This document shows, piece after piece, positions 24,204 through 37,492 of a stretch of DNA of 64,000 bases. Position numbers and translations under genes: made by a program. Source of the stretch: Octopus sinensis (taxonomy: Eukaryota). The notes under the pieces are model-generated. The model saw only the letters and a program-made list of their open reading frames with translations. It was not told where the DNA came from and did not search any database. Where the stretch lies: assembly GCF_006345805.1 (NCBI RefSeq), contig NC_043003.1, forward strand, positions 71,548,001-71,612,000, given 5' to 3'. Position 1 is the stretch's first letter. Each line of letters begins with the position of its first letter.

Positions 24204-24397
24204 TATACATTGGTGGATATAATTTCTTTATTTGTGAATTGAGGCTACCATTGGTTTCATGATAAGAAAAGTAGGAAAATATCCCAGTGTCTTAATTTTT
24301 CAAGCCGATTACATGGAGAAAGGTGTTCGCCTCCAATTTGGAAAACAGTCTCATGTAGTTTATGGGGTTTCTTTAGATTAAAATATGTTTGTGCTTC

Positions 24398-24955
24398 CAC
24401 AGGTAGACCCAGGAAGACCTGGGATGAGGGTGTGGAGCACAACCTTCAAACATTAGGCCTCACTAAGGCAATGACTGGTGACCAAAATCTTTGGAAATAT
24501 GCTATGATTGAGAAGACCTGGCAAGCCAAGTGAGACCATAACCCATGGCCTAGGCCAGTGATTTAACTAACCCACTTATGCATACCTTTCTTTCATTGGA
24601 CACTAAACTCTGCTTGCAAAGACCTGTTGAGGTAAGTGAAATTGAAATCAAATTTGCTGACGTGGCCGATCACAGCACCGCATGACCGGCATCTGTGTTA
24701 GTGGAATGCTAAGAGCACCAGCTGAGTGTGATCATTGCCAGGGCCGCTGACTGGCTCCTGTGCCGGTGGCACATAAAAAGCACCATTCGAGCGTGATCAT
24801 TAGGAGTGTTGCCTTACTGGCACGTGAAAAACAGCATTCAAGCAAGGCCATTGCCAGTGCCACTGGACTGGCTTCTGTGCAGGTGACACGTAAAAAAACC
24901 CATTTGAGTATGGCCGTTGCCAGTACTATCTGACTAGCCCTCATGCCGGTGGTAC
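24398..24955 (+). mobile_element. RTE LINE 3' end (ORF2 C-terminus and 3' UTR)
   Basis: GRPRKTWDEGVEHNLQTLGLTKAMTGDQNLWKYAMIEKTWQAK* followed by a GC-richer UTR with internal repeats. Confidence 0.8.
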
Positions 24956-24967
24956 ATATATATATAC

Positions 24968-25022
<55 letters not shown>

Positions 25023-25193
25023 TATATACATATATATATATACACACACACATATATATATATGTATACACATATATATATGTGTGTATACACATATATA
25101 TGTATATATATATATACACACATATATATATATGTATATATATATACACATACACACATATATATATGTATATATATATATACACATACACAC

Positions 25194-25232
<39 letters not shown>

Positions 25233-25310
25233 ACACACACACACATACATACATATGTATATATATGTATATATATATACACATATATATATGTATATTA
25301 TTATATATAT

Positions 25311-25350
<40 letters not shown>
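24955..25350. repeat. (TA)n/(CA)n compound microsatellite
   Basis: Direct reading. Confidence 0.95.
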
Positions 25351-25351
<1 letters not shown>

Positions 25352-25810
25352 TGAATTCGTTAGTACTGGCAGTCGAAGATGATTTGTCTGGGATTACTCA
25401 TATAAGACGGGTATGTTCGATTTTTAGTGCTCTCAAATTTAAACCTAACGAAATCTTGGGCTGATGACGGTAATGTTGATAGGAGTATGTATTTCTAGCG
25501 TCTCTATATCTAACTAATCCAGAAACGTCATTCTCAAGTAATCGATGTACGTGTGATCTTTCGTTATTTTTCCCTGTATACCTACGTGAATTATTTTTGA
25601 GTATACATTGTCTGGGAGACTTTTCTTATAGTAGAGGAAATAGCTAAAATTTTTTGGCTGCTATTTCGAAAAGTTCGGTGTGTGGTAAAGTAAATTTTTT
25701 TACTGAACCCTAATAATATAACGTAATGTTTTAAATATACTGTAAATGGTCTTTTTACATACTGAACACTACTTGGTAAAATTATCAATTAATAATTAAT
25801 TAATTTTACC
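25350..25810 (+). mobile_element. PLE-like fragment with a hammerhead-like motif (25455-25538)
   Basis: cttggg-CTGATGA-cgg...cca-GAAAC-gtca-ttc-tcaag; CpG-richer than its flanks; lies between TA arrays. Confidence 0.45.
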
Positions 25811-25961
25811 CTTTTATTATTGACTATATACACATATATATAGGTATATATATATATATATACACATATATATCGGTATATATATATATATATATATATA
25901 TATTAATAGTAATATGACAACAATAAATGAATGAGACCTCCATATTATGTAAATAGAGGAA

Positions 25962-26006
<45 letters not shown>

Positions 26007-26289
26007 TGGGAGTATTGTAGTTTGCTTGAAGCATTGTGTATTTTTTGTAAAGAATAAAAAAGGTTTGAATGGTACAACAATGCAGTATAATACAAACAAT
26101 GGGCTATATTATTTCAGAGAATTTACATATGCGCTTATGTAGTTGGTGGAGTAGATAGTGTATGATTTTTCTGACGATGAACGTGTCAAAGGGCAAGGCT
26201 GTGGAAACATGAAGGTAGATGTACATTGGGAATTATGTTGTTTTTTAGGCAGCGTTTAAGAAAGTTTATTTGGCATCCAATTTTAGCAT

Positions 26290-26512
26290 GTTTCTCAGAT
26301 AGCTTGATCAACTCCCTAGCAGTTGCAAACTCGGCCTGTCATAAACGCAATGCTAGAATTTTGCGGATTAAGAATAAACAATTATATTAACCTGGGTATT
26401 TTATTAGTGCTTATGCTGTCAACTCTGGATGGACGAAAGCTACAGAAGACTGGATTTGAACTCAGAACACAAAGGGACCTACTAAATACAGTAAGACATT
26501 TTGATTGGCATC
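26290..26512 (-). mobile_element. Diverged SINE family A
   Basis: ggatttgaactcagaac is the reverse complement of the B-box region. Confidence 0.6.
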
Positions 26513-28724
26513 TATAATAATAGTAATGACGATGCTGATTTCTATCATTAACTTCCCTCACCAGTAATGTGTGAGTAATGGGTGAGGGAATTAAATCAGT
26601 CCCAGAGTTTAACTGGATATTCCTTTTATCTTACACAATGAAGGATAAAAACTAATCAGTCCCCTGAAGTTCAATTTAAATATATACTAAAAAATTTCTT
26701 CTATTTTGGTATTTGACATCTAAATTCAGTGTGATACTTAAATTTGATTATTTTTGCTATCAGCATTTTCTTAAAGAATTTTTTTTATTTGAATTTATTA
26801 AGAACAACAAGTGCTTCAGATCAATGTGTGAAATTTACTTGGTACGGTTAAATCTGGAAGAATTTTAAATCTTATAATCTAAAGCTATCTTTGGTTTACA
26901 TTAAGTTTTCTCTTATATTGACTTTTTATAAGTGATTCGGTTTAGATATATTTTCATTGCTCCTCAAGATTTATCTTTTATAGCCATGAATTTTGCTTTC
27001 TTTAACTTTTCAACTATAAAACATAGTCTGGGATTTCTTTTTAACTCTGTATTTCCCTTGTACTTGTGTTGTGTAGGATTTGGCATCAGTAATCATGCTG
27101 CCTGGCATACAATCAAATTGCTTTGGTTTATCCTAATTTATATTACACTAGCCACACAATAACCATCTGTGTTGTTTTTATTACCTGTGATAATTTTAGC
27201 CTTTTATAGTTTCTTTTCATTTTCTAGCTACTATTAATACTTATGTGATTGCCAATGAAAATGGCATTTTATGTTGTTTGGCTTTTTGCCAGATGAGGTG
27301 CCAATGCAAACATTTCAAAGGATTGCTTATTCTATAATTGAATAATTATCCAAGGAGATTTTAGATTTCAAATTGCTAAAAATTACTATATTGTTGATTT
27401 TAATTTTCTCATTAAGTTTAAATTTTAAATAGTTATTTATATATCCTATGTCTGAAAGTCATTTTTTCAGAAAAGATGCAACTTTCAAGACGACTACACC
27501 TGTTTAAGCTTAAAAGATTTGAAGGTTCTGCAACAGGTGAAGACATGACATCTTGCGACATATTTTATATAATATTAACACTCTTCGCCATTCACCTAGC
27601 TTAACTTTGAATGAACTACTTTACTAACATTGCAGATCAGATATTTTGTTAGATTAAAAAAAAAACAACAACATAATATTGGTAGCTGAGTCACAGAAAA
27701 TATTGAAGAAATATATTTCCAATACATTCTGTGTGAGAAAATGTCAGATTATTAAAAGGAAAAAAAGATTCCAGAATAGTAAAAAGACTATGGTAAATAC
27801 GTTCTGTTTGGCATGTCCTGCTGTGGTTTATAATAACATGCTGTTAACAGTATTGGAAAATGATTCTTTCATAATTGTCAAAGAATTTATTCTTTTGCTC
27901 ATTTATCTATTTCTTGGTTTTAGTCAATGGCTTAGCTGATCATATCGATCTCAGCACTATTTCAGCCAGATAAATTTGTTAGCAATATTTGTAAAACTGC
28001 TATGTTATAGGACATAAGCAGACACAACATAAACACTAGTGTTTCGAATAACATTAGCGTAAACACACACATATATATTTGTGTATATGTGTCTGTATAT
28101 TATGTATCTATAATACATTACAAGTCAGTTTGAATCTTGCTTGCATTCTTGCTATGTTACTCAGCCAAACTGGCGCATAATGGGATATGAATTAGGTTTA
28201 TCCTGAAATGTTAATATGAACAGAATACAACAAGTTTTGCATAAATCAGACAAGTAGTTTTAAAGATATTAGAGGTTTTCAGGTAGAAATAACCAAAACA
28301 CTGCATAATGGAAAAAATATTCCTAAAATAATCTTCATCCTCAAAGGGGAGAAACTCTTATCTTTCTATTAGACAGTGACTTGTTTTTTTACAGTAAATG
28401 TTTCTATTTTCGCTTTTGGTTAACACAATATTTTAATCATTTAGTAATATTTTTAAGTGAATGTCATTTCAAAAATGCAAGCTGTTTGTACAGCAAGTAT
28501 TTATATTTTAGCTTTCTTTAAACAGACAATATTTTAATGTTTTTTCAAAATTATTTTCAAGTGAATAGCATCACAAAAAATTGTTTTGGCATATTTAAAA
28601 AATAGTTTAAAGTGAAAATGACTTTAAATTACAGTAAATATTTTGTAAAAGACCCAGTCATAACCTCGGTGTCAAAGTTTTTCCATAAGTTTTTTTCAAG
28701 TGCATTCAACATATGTCACCTCCA

Positions 28725-28841
28725 AAGATTTGGCTGCTATTTCTAGCACACCCTGCTACCATGTAACAACTATTTGCAATAAAGGACCCCAAATACCTGT
28801 TACATGGTTGCAGGGCATGCAAGAAATAGCAGCCAGATCTT
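28725..28841. repeat. Short inverted repeat (44-bp arms, 39/44 match, 29-bp spacer)
   Basis: aagatttggctgctatttctagcacaccctgctaccatgtaaca / tgttacatggttgcagggcatgcaagaaatagcagccagatctt. Confidence 0.85.
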
Positions 28842-28995
28842 ACCCTTTCTGGGTAAAGGAGCTGTTTACATGTGATTTCAGTGTCACATTTGTTGAAAGC
28901 ATGAGAAATAACCTGGGAAAGAAAAAAACCCATGAAACAAAACTCTGTTGCTGGGAAACTCAGAGTTTCCCGGTGACCCAACAGGTCACAGGTAG

Positions 28996-29029
<34 letters not shown>

Positions 29030-30198
29030 CACATATGTGAGTATGTAATAGTGGAGGGTTGTAACGAATTACTATATTAAAAAGAGTTGACTACATTTGC
29101 GACAGCCAAATGATACAAATTCTCACCAACATATTTGATTTTTCAATTTATTTCATACTGACAATACACCTATTTGATGACATCAGAAATCAGAAGTGAC
29201 ATTATATCAACCGGTTTGTTAGTGAGGCCATAGTGAAAGTCCTTGCTTACATTACTGCTTAAAAAATGATAGGTAGCTTTCTTTTCAATTAAAATTACTT
29301 GTAATAACATTTCGCAGTGTGAATTAGAACAACCTATGTTCTCCATTGAATATTCTGTACTAAGGCTGCTGTGGAAGTAAAGATTATATATATATATATA
29401 TACACATAAGAGACCACACCAGACAAAAGACCATTCTCAGTGCAGAGTTTTGTAAAAGAAAGAGTTAATTTGCTCTCAGGTTCTTCTAAAGACTGCTTCT
29501 TCTCCCCGAGCCCTGTCTCAATTATCAACACTAGCTATGCAGCTCACTCATGACACAACAACTTATTTCAGAGTACATAATTCACAACTTTCATTTTCCT
29601 TGAGTAGGTTAAACCAACTTCAACAAGTGTCATGAATGTTGAAACATTAATGGATGTACAATTTAAAGCTACAGGCCTTTTAGCAGCTTCAACAGCTTTA
29701 CAGTATACAAGGTTCCACAACTTATACTTTGCCAGCCATTTTCCAGCTTAGGCTGTTGGGGCCATAAGCCATTTTGCAACTTAAACATTCAAAGTTACAC
29801 CGCTCCATCTGTTGCTATAGTATAAACTCATTCAGTTAATTTCAAGAAAAGACCCATGTTAAGCTGAATAAATCTGTCATTTCCTAAAATTTATGTTCAT
29901 TCTCCTTTTTATAAGAACAAACTATCTGCTTTAACTGTGTGACATTTAAAATGACATCGTATCAATAACCAGATGTAAAGCTTTGCCCTCATAAATGTCA
30001 TTTCAATACCTCATGTATGATTGGCTGATTTAAACTTGCCTTGATAAACTTACATGTTTAACATACAAAATTCTGCTTTTGATATTAATCTATAAACTGT
30101 CATGTTTTCCTATAACATATGAATCACTGTTAAATTTGATTTATGTTGCTTATCACTATTTTCTATAGCTTAGAAAAATACACTGTCACTTATAACGA

Positions 30199-30563
30199 GA
30201 AGACTCATCAGGCCAAGGGAAATCATAGTCATGGCTGAGCTGGTCCATTAAAATGGCAACTGTGAAATTGTAGTTGGGTCATCATCACCAGTGCCTTGGA
30301 AACGGCTCCTGTAAATCTTAGACGTAATCATGGTCATTGATGGTGCCAAGTAAATGGCACCTGTGAATTTTAGTCATTGCTGCTGTCATGTAAATGGCAC
30401 CCATGCCAGTGGCACATTAAAGTACCCATTACACTCCTGGAGTGGTTGGCATTAGGAAGGGCAAATCAGCCTGGAACCTGGTGCAGCTCTCCAGCTTATC
30501 AGCTCCAGTCAAACTATCTAACCCATGCCAGCATGTAGAGTGAACGTTAAATGATGATGATGA
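30199..30563 (+). mobile_element. RTE 3' UTR / RTE-tailed element
   Basis: ggagtggttggcattaggaagggc...acccatgccagcatg plus (GAT)n tail. Confidence 0.75.
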
Positions 30564-30999
30564 CGACTTACACTGGTTAGATCAAAAGACAACAGATGGA
30601 AAAATGCAGAGATACAATTGTACTTATAGTAAATATAATTATGCATTTGTTATACTCCCTACAAAACCATTCACTGTTTTATTCTCTCTCTCTTTCCACA
30701 CGCATGTGTGCGCACACACATACACACACGCACACAAAGTTTCACTAAACTAAATATTTTGTCTTGTGATTCAGATTTCATGTTGGTGAAATCTTCAGAT
30801 GAAAACTGTTACAGCTGAGTGTTGTTGCTGAATTATATTTGATGGTGTCAATGTGATCTCTTGTTTGTGTCTAATGATTAGTTTTTTATTTTTTTTATTT
30901 TGCATCTGTTAATTGGCAGCCATTTTCCTGCTACTTAATTAGCTGGGTTTTTTTTTTTGTGGTCTAATGTTTACTCTTGTTGAATTTATTTGGGTTTTT

Positions 31000-33500
31000 A
31001 TATCATTATATTTTTTGGGTTTATGGAGAAACATTTGTTGAATTTATTTGCTAATCTCATTATCGTAATTGTTGTTTAGTGAAGTCTGTTTCTTTCATTG
31101 GAAAGATGTATGTGCTTTTGAGAAATTTGTAAATATTTCATGGATGCTTATATTATGATAGCTATGGTTGATGAATTTGTATTTTGTAGTGGCTTCAATA
31201 CTGTCTTTCAATTTTGTTTTGGACAAAATTAAGGTGTAACGTCTGTGATATATATTGCATTCTGTATATTTTAATGTTTAGATTGGGTATTTTGTGGTGT
31301 TAATTGCCTGTCATACTCTTCCCATCACCTTCTCCGCCTTACTATGGTTATGAGCTTATCTGCATGGATATGCCTGTATGTATGATCACATCTTGATGCT
31401 TTACATTATTTACATTCTGTTTTTCCAAGATAGTAAAATGATCTGTATCTTTGACTGTATTTATATAGATATTTGACAGTTTTTACAGATATGCATCACT
31501 CAACATTGATGTGGACTCCATATTTTTGAAATAACCAAGGATTGTAGGGACCTAAGTATTGATTGCCCACCTCAATGTCACTGTTTCCAGCTCTCACATT
31601 AGAAGTATGACTTCCTTCAGTAGGACTTCACTGAGGATGCAGTGAACAACAGTCATCATCACTTAACATTTATAAACAAAATCTGCAAGGATAATTTTTG
31701 CAGCAATGTCCACTTGACATGCAAAGTGAAGTTAGTCCTTGTACTTCTTTGCCAATCCATGAAGACCAACTGTGTGCATGCATTATTTTGAATTGAGAAG
31801 CTCAGCAGAGAGAACTTTTTCAATTTCTTGCCAATTGTTGGAGTTGAAAATTCGGTAAAATGCTTTTTTAGGAATTCAGTTGAGCTCAGATGGGACATTA
31901 ATTTTGCCACAACACCATATTTGAAAGCTTGTAGAAGTTTCTGCCATTTCAGGATGATATATGGTGGATTGATCTGCATTGAGCTTTCTTGTATTTTCTT
32001 CTTATTTTGGGTGGCAGATAAATGCCACAAACAATATTGTTCTTTAATTTTATGATAGCCATCACATCTTTGCCATATATTTCAGACTACCTGTAAATGT
32101 GTTTGGGAGAGTATATGATCTTCCAGTCCAGTAAGTATCACCTGTGAAAGAGCATCTGCCAGACTGTTATATAAGTTTGCTTGTAGAACCCATTGATAGT
32201 TTCAAATATACTACAAGCAATCAAACTAGACTTTGACTCAGTAGTCTATCCAAAACTGTTGATTCAGCTCTCTTCATTATCTAAAAAGAATAAAATTAAA
32301 GATATGCCATTTTTCTATTGCTTCTTTGATTTAGTATCCCAAAATACCAACCAGTTAAACCACCAGGTAAAAGGATATCACAGGGATCACAGATTCAAAG
32401 AGATTTGTTAAATATTTGAAAACTTTTTCTAATGGTTCTTTGCTGGGTACTTGCCTGCTAGCATTTTACCAGTTTGATGAGATTCCTTGTCACTACCAGG
32501 CATCAATACAACAATCTCAATCTATGTACAGAAGTTGAATCTTTTAGTATGTTCCCCATCAGGACTTTTGTCAGCTTGTAATCAGACAGAAACATTTTCC
32601 AGTATTGTACCAGAGTCAATTTGTTCTTGAGCAGGCAGGAATGATTATAAATTAAATGTTACAAGCTGAAACTATAGCATAATGAACAAATGGAAAATAA
32701 CAGCATCGAAATTTTTTCTTCTGTATCACAGAAGTAATCTTTCAGACAGGATGACACATCCATAAATACTATGAAAAAAGAGGAAAAAAAGAAACTATGA
32801 ATTCTTTAAGTGGAATGGTTTTTAGCATCCATAATTCTTATTTATTTTCATGCTACACATAACCAAAGAGAGCTGTTGAACCTCTGAGTATCCTCGGATA
32901 TATTATGCTTCAAGTGAAGTTAGTATGAGTACAATTGATATAGTTCATCAAGTAAATCTGGTACCTCTGGAATATAGATTAAGCTGGAGCTACAACAAGT
33001 TACCAAATCAGGATAGGCCAATGTTTCTCTAGTGTGCTCTTCCAGGAACATTAGTGTATTACAATGGCTGCATCTCACATCTAATAAGCTGCTATTATGA
33101 AAGGTTACTCTAGATATGAATGTATGCCATGCTTTCTTGCAACATTCAAAATTCTTTGTATGTTTTGATGATTAAAAGACTCTTAAGCTATTAAGTACTG
33201 TCCTTGTTGCTGGTGTACTGGATGTTGCTGCTCAGAATCTTGTTCAAGTATCTCTTCTCATTGCTTGAGAAAGCTGTTGTTATGCTCCTCTATGCTGTTC
33301 AGCATTTTGAGCCAAAATTCATTTGAACTATTTAAAAAAAAATGTTGTTGAGCCACTGTATGTTGTTCAGTATTTTGAGACAATGCATTCTCACTGCTTT
33401 TGAGAAAGTCTTTCTCATGCTTATCTATGTCAAGCTGCACTTTCACCATTTGTTTTGCTCATTTTCTGTCTCCTTGCTGCCATTGCTCATTCATATTTAG
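31000..33500 (-). mobile_element. Helitron Rep-helicase pseudogene (N-terminal and Rep portion)
   Basis: The minus strand reads CCSS, IILPNTFTGS-like, LFVAFICHPK, an HAH (HUH-type) motif at ~31771-31783, GPYNPWLFQKYGVHINVE (31499-31552) and SVKTVKYLYKY; many stops; boundaries approximate. Confidence 0.8.
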
Positions 33501-34429
33501 TCATTCATTGAATAAGATACACTTGAATAAAGTGCAATTACAACAGTCAGAAAACGAAAAATTATAAAACCCAAGTTATACCTTTGCTTTACATGTTCTG
33601 GCTGCATGCAGCATTGGCAATTTTTATTTTTTATTTTTTATTTATAAATAGTAAATCTGTGCTTAGAAAATAAAATTTTGCTACAAACATTCAATTCGAC
33701 AAACAATATTTTCTTCTTACATTATTTGAAAATTCAAAATATTTTTAACTATATTTAATCAATATCATATACATAAAAAAAGATTATTTTTTTTGGTTTG
33801 ATATATATGAAAATAACTTCCCCTGTTATTTTATTGCTTTATATATATGCAAATTCAATGTAAAATATTTAATTTGATTTTATTGTCATTATTCATATAA
33901 ACATGTGTATATTTAATGTACATAATACTTTATATAGATGTACTTTATATAATTACAATTCTGTTTTCATCATTATGGTGTGTCATTCTGGCTAAGTAAA
34001 ACTTGGCTGCTATTTCTAGCAGGTCAAGTAACTACATAAAAGCTCACATTTGTGAATGTGTTTGTATGTTAGAAATATGTGTGGTAAACAACGAATGTCA
34101 AAGGGAATTTTTTGTGATAATTTTGTCCATAATATAAACATGACATTTAAATTGAAAACTTCCTTATAGTGTAGTGGGTTTACAGTTTGGTTCAAATCTG
34201 CAGACATAATTTTGTTTCTGATCAAGAAATTGTTTGTAAACAACAACCAAAATTTTGGCAGATTGAGTAATGATATCAGCAAAAATCTAGTCAATAAAAT
34301 TATATGTAAACAACTAACAGATTTTCTAGTGATGACATTGTGGAAATCGAATTTCTCTTCCTAGTCGAGATCCAAAACTGAGTCTAGAGATTCTTCCTAG
34401 TCATATGGCCTAATGTCCTGATTAATGTG

Positions 34430-35400
34430 TTTTCTGTTTGACCCATGACATTGCTATATCAAAGAAAGTTTAGGTAAACAAAGTTCAACCTACATTAATT
34501 TAGCTATTGTTAGAACAGTATACCCATTTTTCTAGCTTGTCTGCACAGTTATAAATACTAGCTTTCTCCAGGGAAAAACCACTGGTGTATGCACTCAATA
34601 CAAAGCCCGATCACCATCTTGACTTCATGTCACAGTATATGACACATATGTCACATCAAGGGTTCAACCAGCTCAGCAGCTGATGCACTGTCACATGTGC
34701 AGCTCAATGCAAGCCACACCACTGCCAATATTGATCTCCAATGTATAGCAGCTGACTAGAAAAATAATGAAGAACTTCTAAAGGTCTGAAATTTGTCATC
34801 GCTAAAATTTCAGCAAGTTCCGATACCTTATTTGGTGTGATATCGCTACCAGGCATGAACATACCACAGAAGCATCAACATGACGTGTTCTCTGCCCTGC
34901 ATTCCCTGTCACATTCTGGTATCCATTCCATGCAAAATCTGATATCGACCCCCTTTGTGTGGGCCAGTGTCATCCATGAATGGGCCAGGAGCTGTGTCAC
35001 ATGCCAAAACGCCATGGTTCACTGGCACATTAAATCCCTAGTCAGTTCATTTGGCAACACCTATGTTACATCTGGTGATCCCTAGTTCAAGAACCACAGC
35101 CTTCACTTCAACTGTTGTTATATCTGACAGGAGGTGTCACACAGCCATTGTATCCAAACTAAATAAATACAGCTTTTGCTTCAACAATCATTATACCCGA
35201 ATAAAAGAATGACAGCCTTTGTCAGCATCAATATGCACCCTTATCAACTTAATGTGCAGTCTCAATCCATCTACGTGCCCTCCATTGACAATCAGATTCC
35301 ACAGTTCCCTGCCAAGATTCCACAGTCAACTTCTTCCTGGCTACTACTCAAGTGCCACAAAATGCACTTTCGTCAAGCCACAACTCACGTTCAACTTGCT
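34430..35400 (+). mobile_element. Ty3/Gypsy pol fragment (RNase H end, integrase HHCC finger, C-terminus)
   Basis: KPLVYALNTKPDH, HIKGSTSSAADALS, LHSLSHSGIHSMQNLIS...EWARSCVTCQ. Confidence 0.7.
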
Positions 35401-35913
35401 ACAGAACACACTATAATGTGATGCACTCCATTACGATGCACAGGGCTACCAAAGAACTTACAGACAATGGAAGACCATAAATGCAACATTTTGACAGCCT
35501 TCTGCCCCAAAACTAGCTGGATGAAAATATGGAAGCCCACACACGCAATGTTTTTGGCAGACACACATTTTTCATCTTGTTTCAACATACAGAATCTGCA
35601 TTATCCATGGACTTTTGTGAATATGTAGAACTCTTATATAGACTTTTAACAACTCATTCTTTGCATGCACCTCTTTTCCAGACTCAATGCATGTCAGATG
35701 TCTCATTTCTGCAATTTGTAAGGAAAAAGCAGTGGGTGAGAGCGACTGACAGAGAGCAGGCCAGCCGGCTTGAAATACTGTCTCGACAGAACATCTTAGA
35801 AGGACAGCTATGAAATCCACCAGCGATACAGTTGTCTTGTCCACCTCTCTCTTACTTTCTCACTCATTCACATTTGTTTCAACAACATCACTTGATCTAT
35901 TTACTTACTGCAG

Positions 35914-35940
35914 CTAGAACAACAGGGAATATGGGAATAT
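35914..35940 (+). other. Candidate 27-nt micro-exon (LEQQGIWEY in phase 0)
   Basis: Acceptor ctatttacttactgcag| and donor |gtaagt; no recognisable protein match. Confidence 0.2.
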
Positions 35941-37254
35941 GTAAGTCCAATGTGATCTACCCTTTTACAGGAAAATATAACTCTCATTACTTCTTAGCTT
36001 TCTGATTGTTTATACACACCTGGCCATCATGATTTGGCTTTTATTATATATAATGGAGAAATAAATATGTTAGCTACAACTTTGTCTTTCTTTCTTGGAG
36101 TTAGCATCAACATCATCTTCACCTTCCAACATATGCCTTATCCGTTACAACACCATAACAAATTTGTGGAATCAGATTTGTTCTGGAATGTATAAAAAGA
36201 GAACAGACCAAAGACTGAAAAAGCAGAAGAGCAGAGGCCAGACAGACGTGTTTGGCAAATTTCAATATCAGATATTGTTTCATAATTAGAACTGTCGACA
36301 TGAAGAGTCTGTAACACAAGCAAGAAAAATTGCTACAAACTTAAAAATTAAATTATAGCAGGGAACACTTGTATTCATTCACTCATCTTTTTTTTCTTTC
36401 TGTATGTTTTCCTCATTTACACATGACTACAGGAATGTTCAATCAGGCCACTGCATGAATGTAACTTTCTGTTGTTACACTGTCATTCTTCATTGGATGG
36501 TCACATACAATACAGTTGTCTAACAATAAACATGACAAATCAAAAATCAACAACTACTCTTCTCATTCAACCAACTTACCATTCATCTCATTGTTAGTGA
36601 GGTAACACATTCATTTCTTATTGATACAATACATAAATAAAGTAGTGAATCGTAAGTTTCAGTGAATCATTTTTATTCACCATAAGGAGTGTTTCCATGA
36701 CATTTTTTTATTTATTTCAGAATTGTTGGATATCAATAAATATTTGAAACTATTTTTATTCCCTTTCTCTTTCTCCTTCCAGTTTCCCACTGAGGAAACA
36801 CTAAACTGAAATACATACATTACTTTTCCTTATGTTGCCTGTGTGAATTCAACAAATAAATTGAATAAATTCACTATTTTGCATTTTGTTTGTGCAGGCA
36901 GCAAATTGGCGGAGTTGTTTGAGAGACAAACAGAATAGTTCAAAGTATTTGTTTTGATTTTTTGACCACTGGGTTCACATTTTGCAGAATGTAATTTTTG
37001 CCATTCATTCTATTGGAATTGATTAAAAAAGAAAAAAAAAATGCAGAATAATAGAGGCAGCAGAGTGGCAGAACTAACAGAACAATGTGCATTATGTCTT
37101 ATGGTATTTGCTGTTTCTTTGCCTTCTGAATTAAAATCCCACGATGGCCTACTTGGTTACACAGTCTACAAGATCATACAGTCTAATGTTTAGGAGGACA
37201 GCCGAATGAGGGTATTGCTCAAAACTGAATTGCAACCATCATATACGTATGTGC

Positions 37255-37492
37255 TGTGGTGAAATCCTGACACCCCTGAGGGATAGCAAGTGAAATGTCC
37301 TAAACCTTATAAAGGTGCATGCGTACTGACTGTGTGACATACAGTGTGGTGTGTACAGTTGCCTTTGTGAAGGCAGTCGTAGAAGTCATTGAGAAGAGAT
37401 ATAAATTTGTTACGTGTTTGTTACTGATTTAGTTTTTGTAGTGTTATAACACTGTTACAGTGTAGTCTATATCCAAACTCAAGGATATAATA
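37255..37492 (+). repeat. 5' LTR
   Basis: Starts TGTGGTG and ends ..ggatataata (CA decayed); ~90% identical by eye to the 3' LTR. Confidence 0.9.

Noticed and set aside
24732-26099. ORFs of 90-203 aa
   Set aside because: Microsatellite translations
29400-29760. Possible hAT/Buster C-terminal remnant
   Set aside because: Only faint motif resemblance; not enough to call
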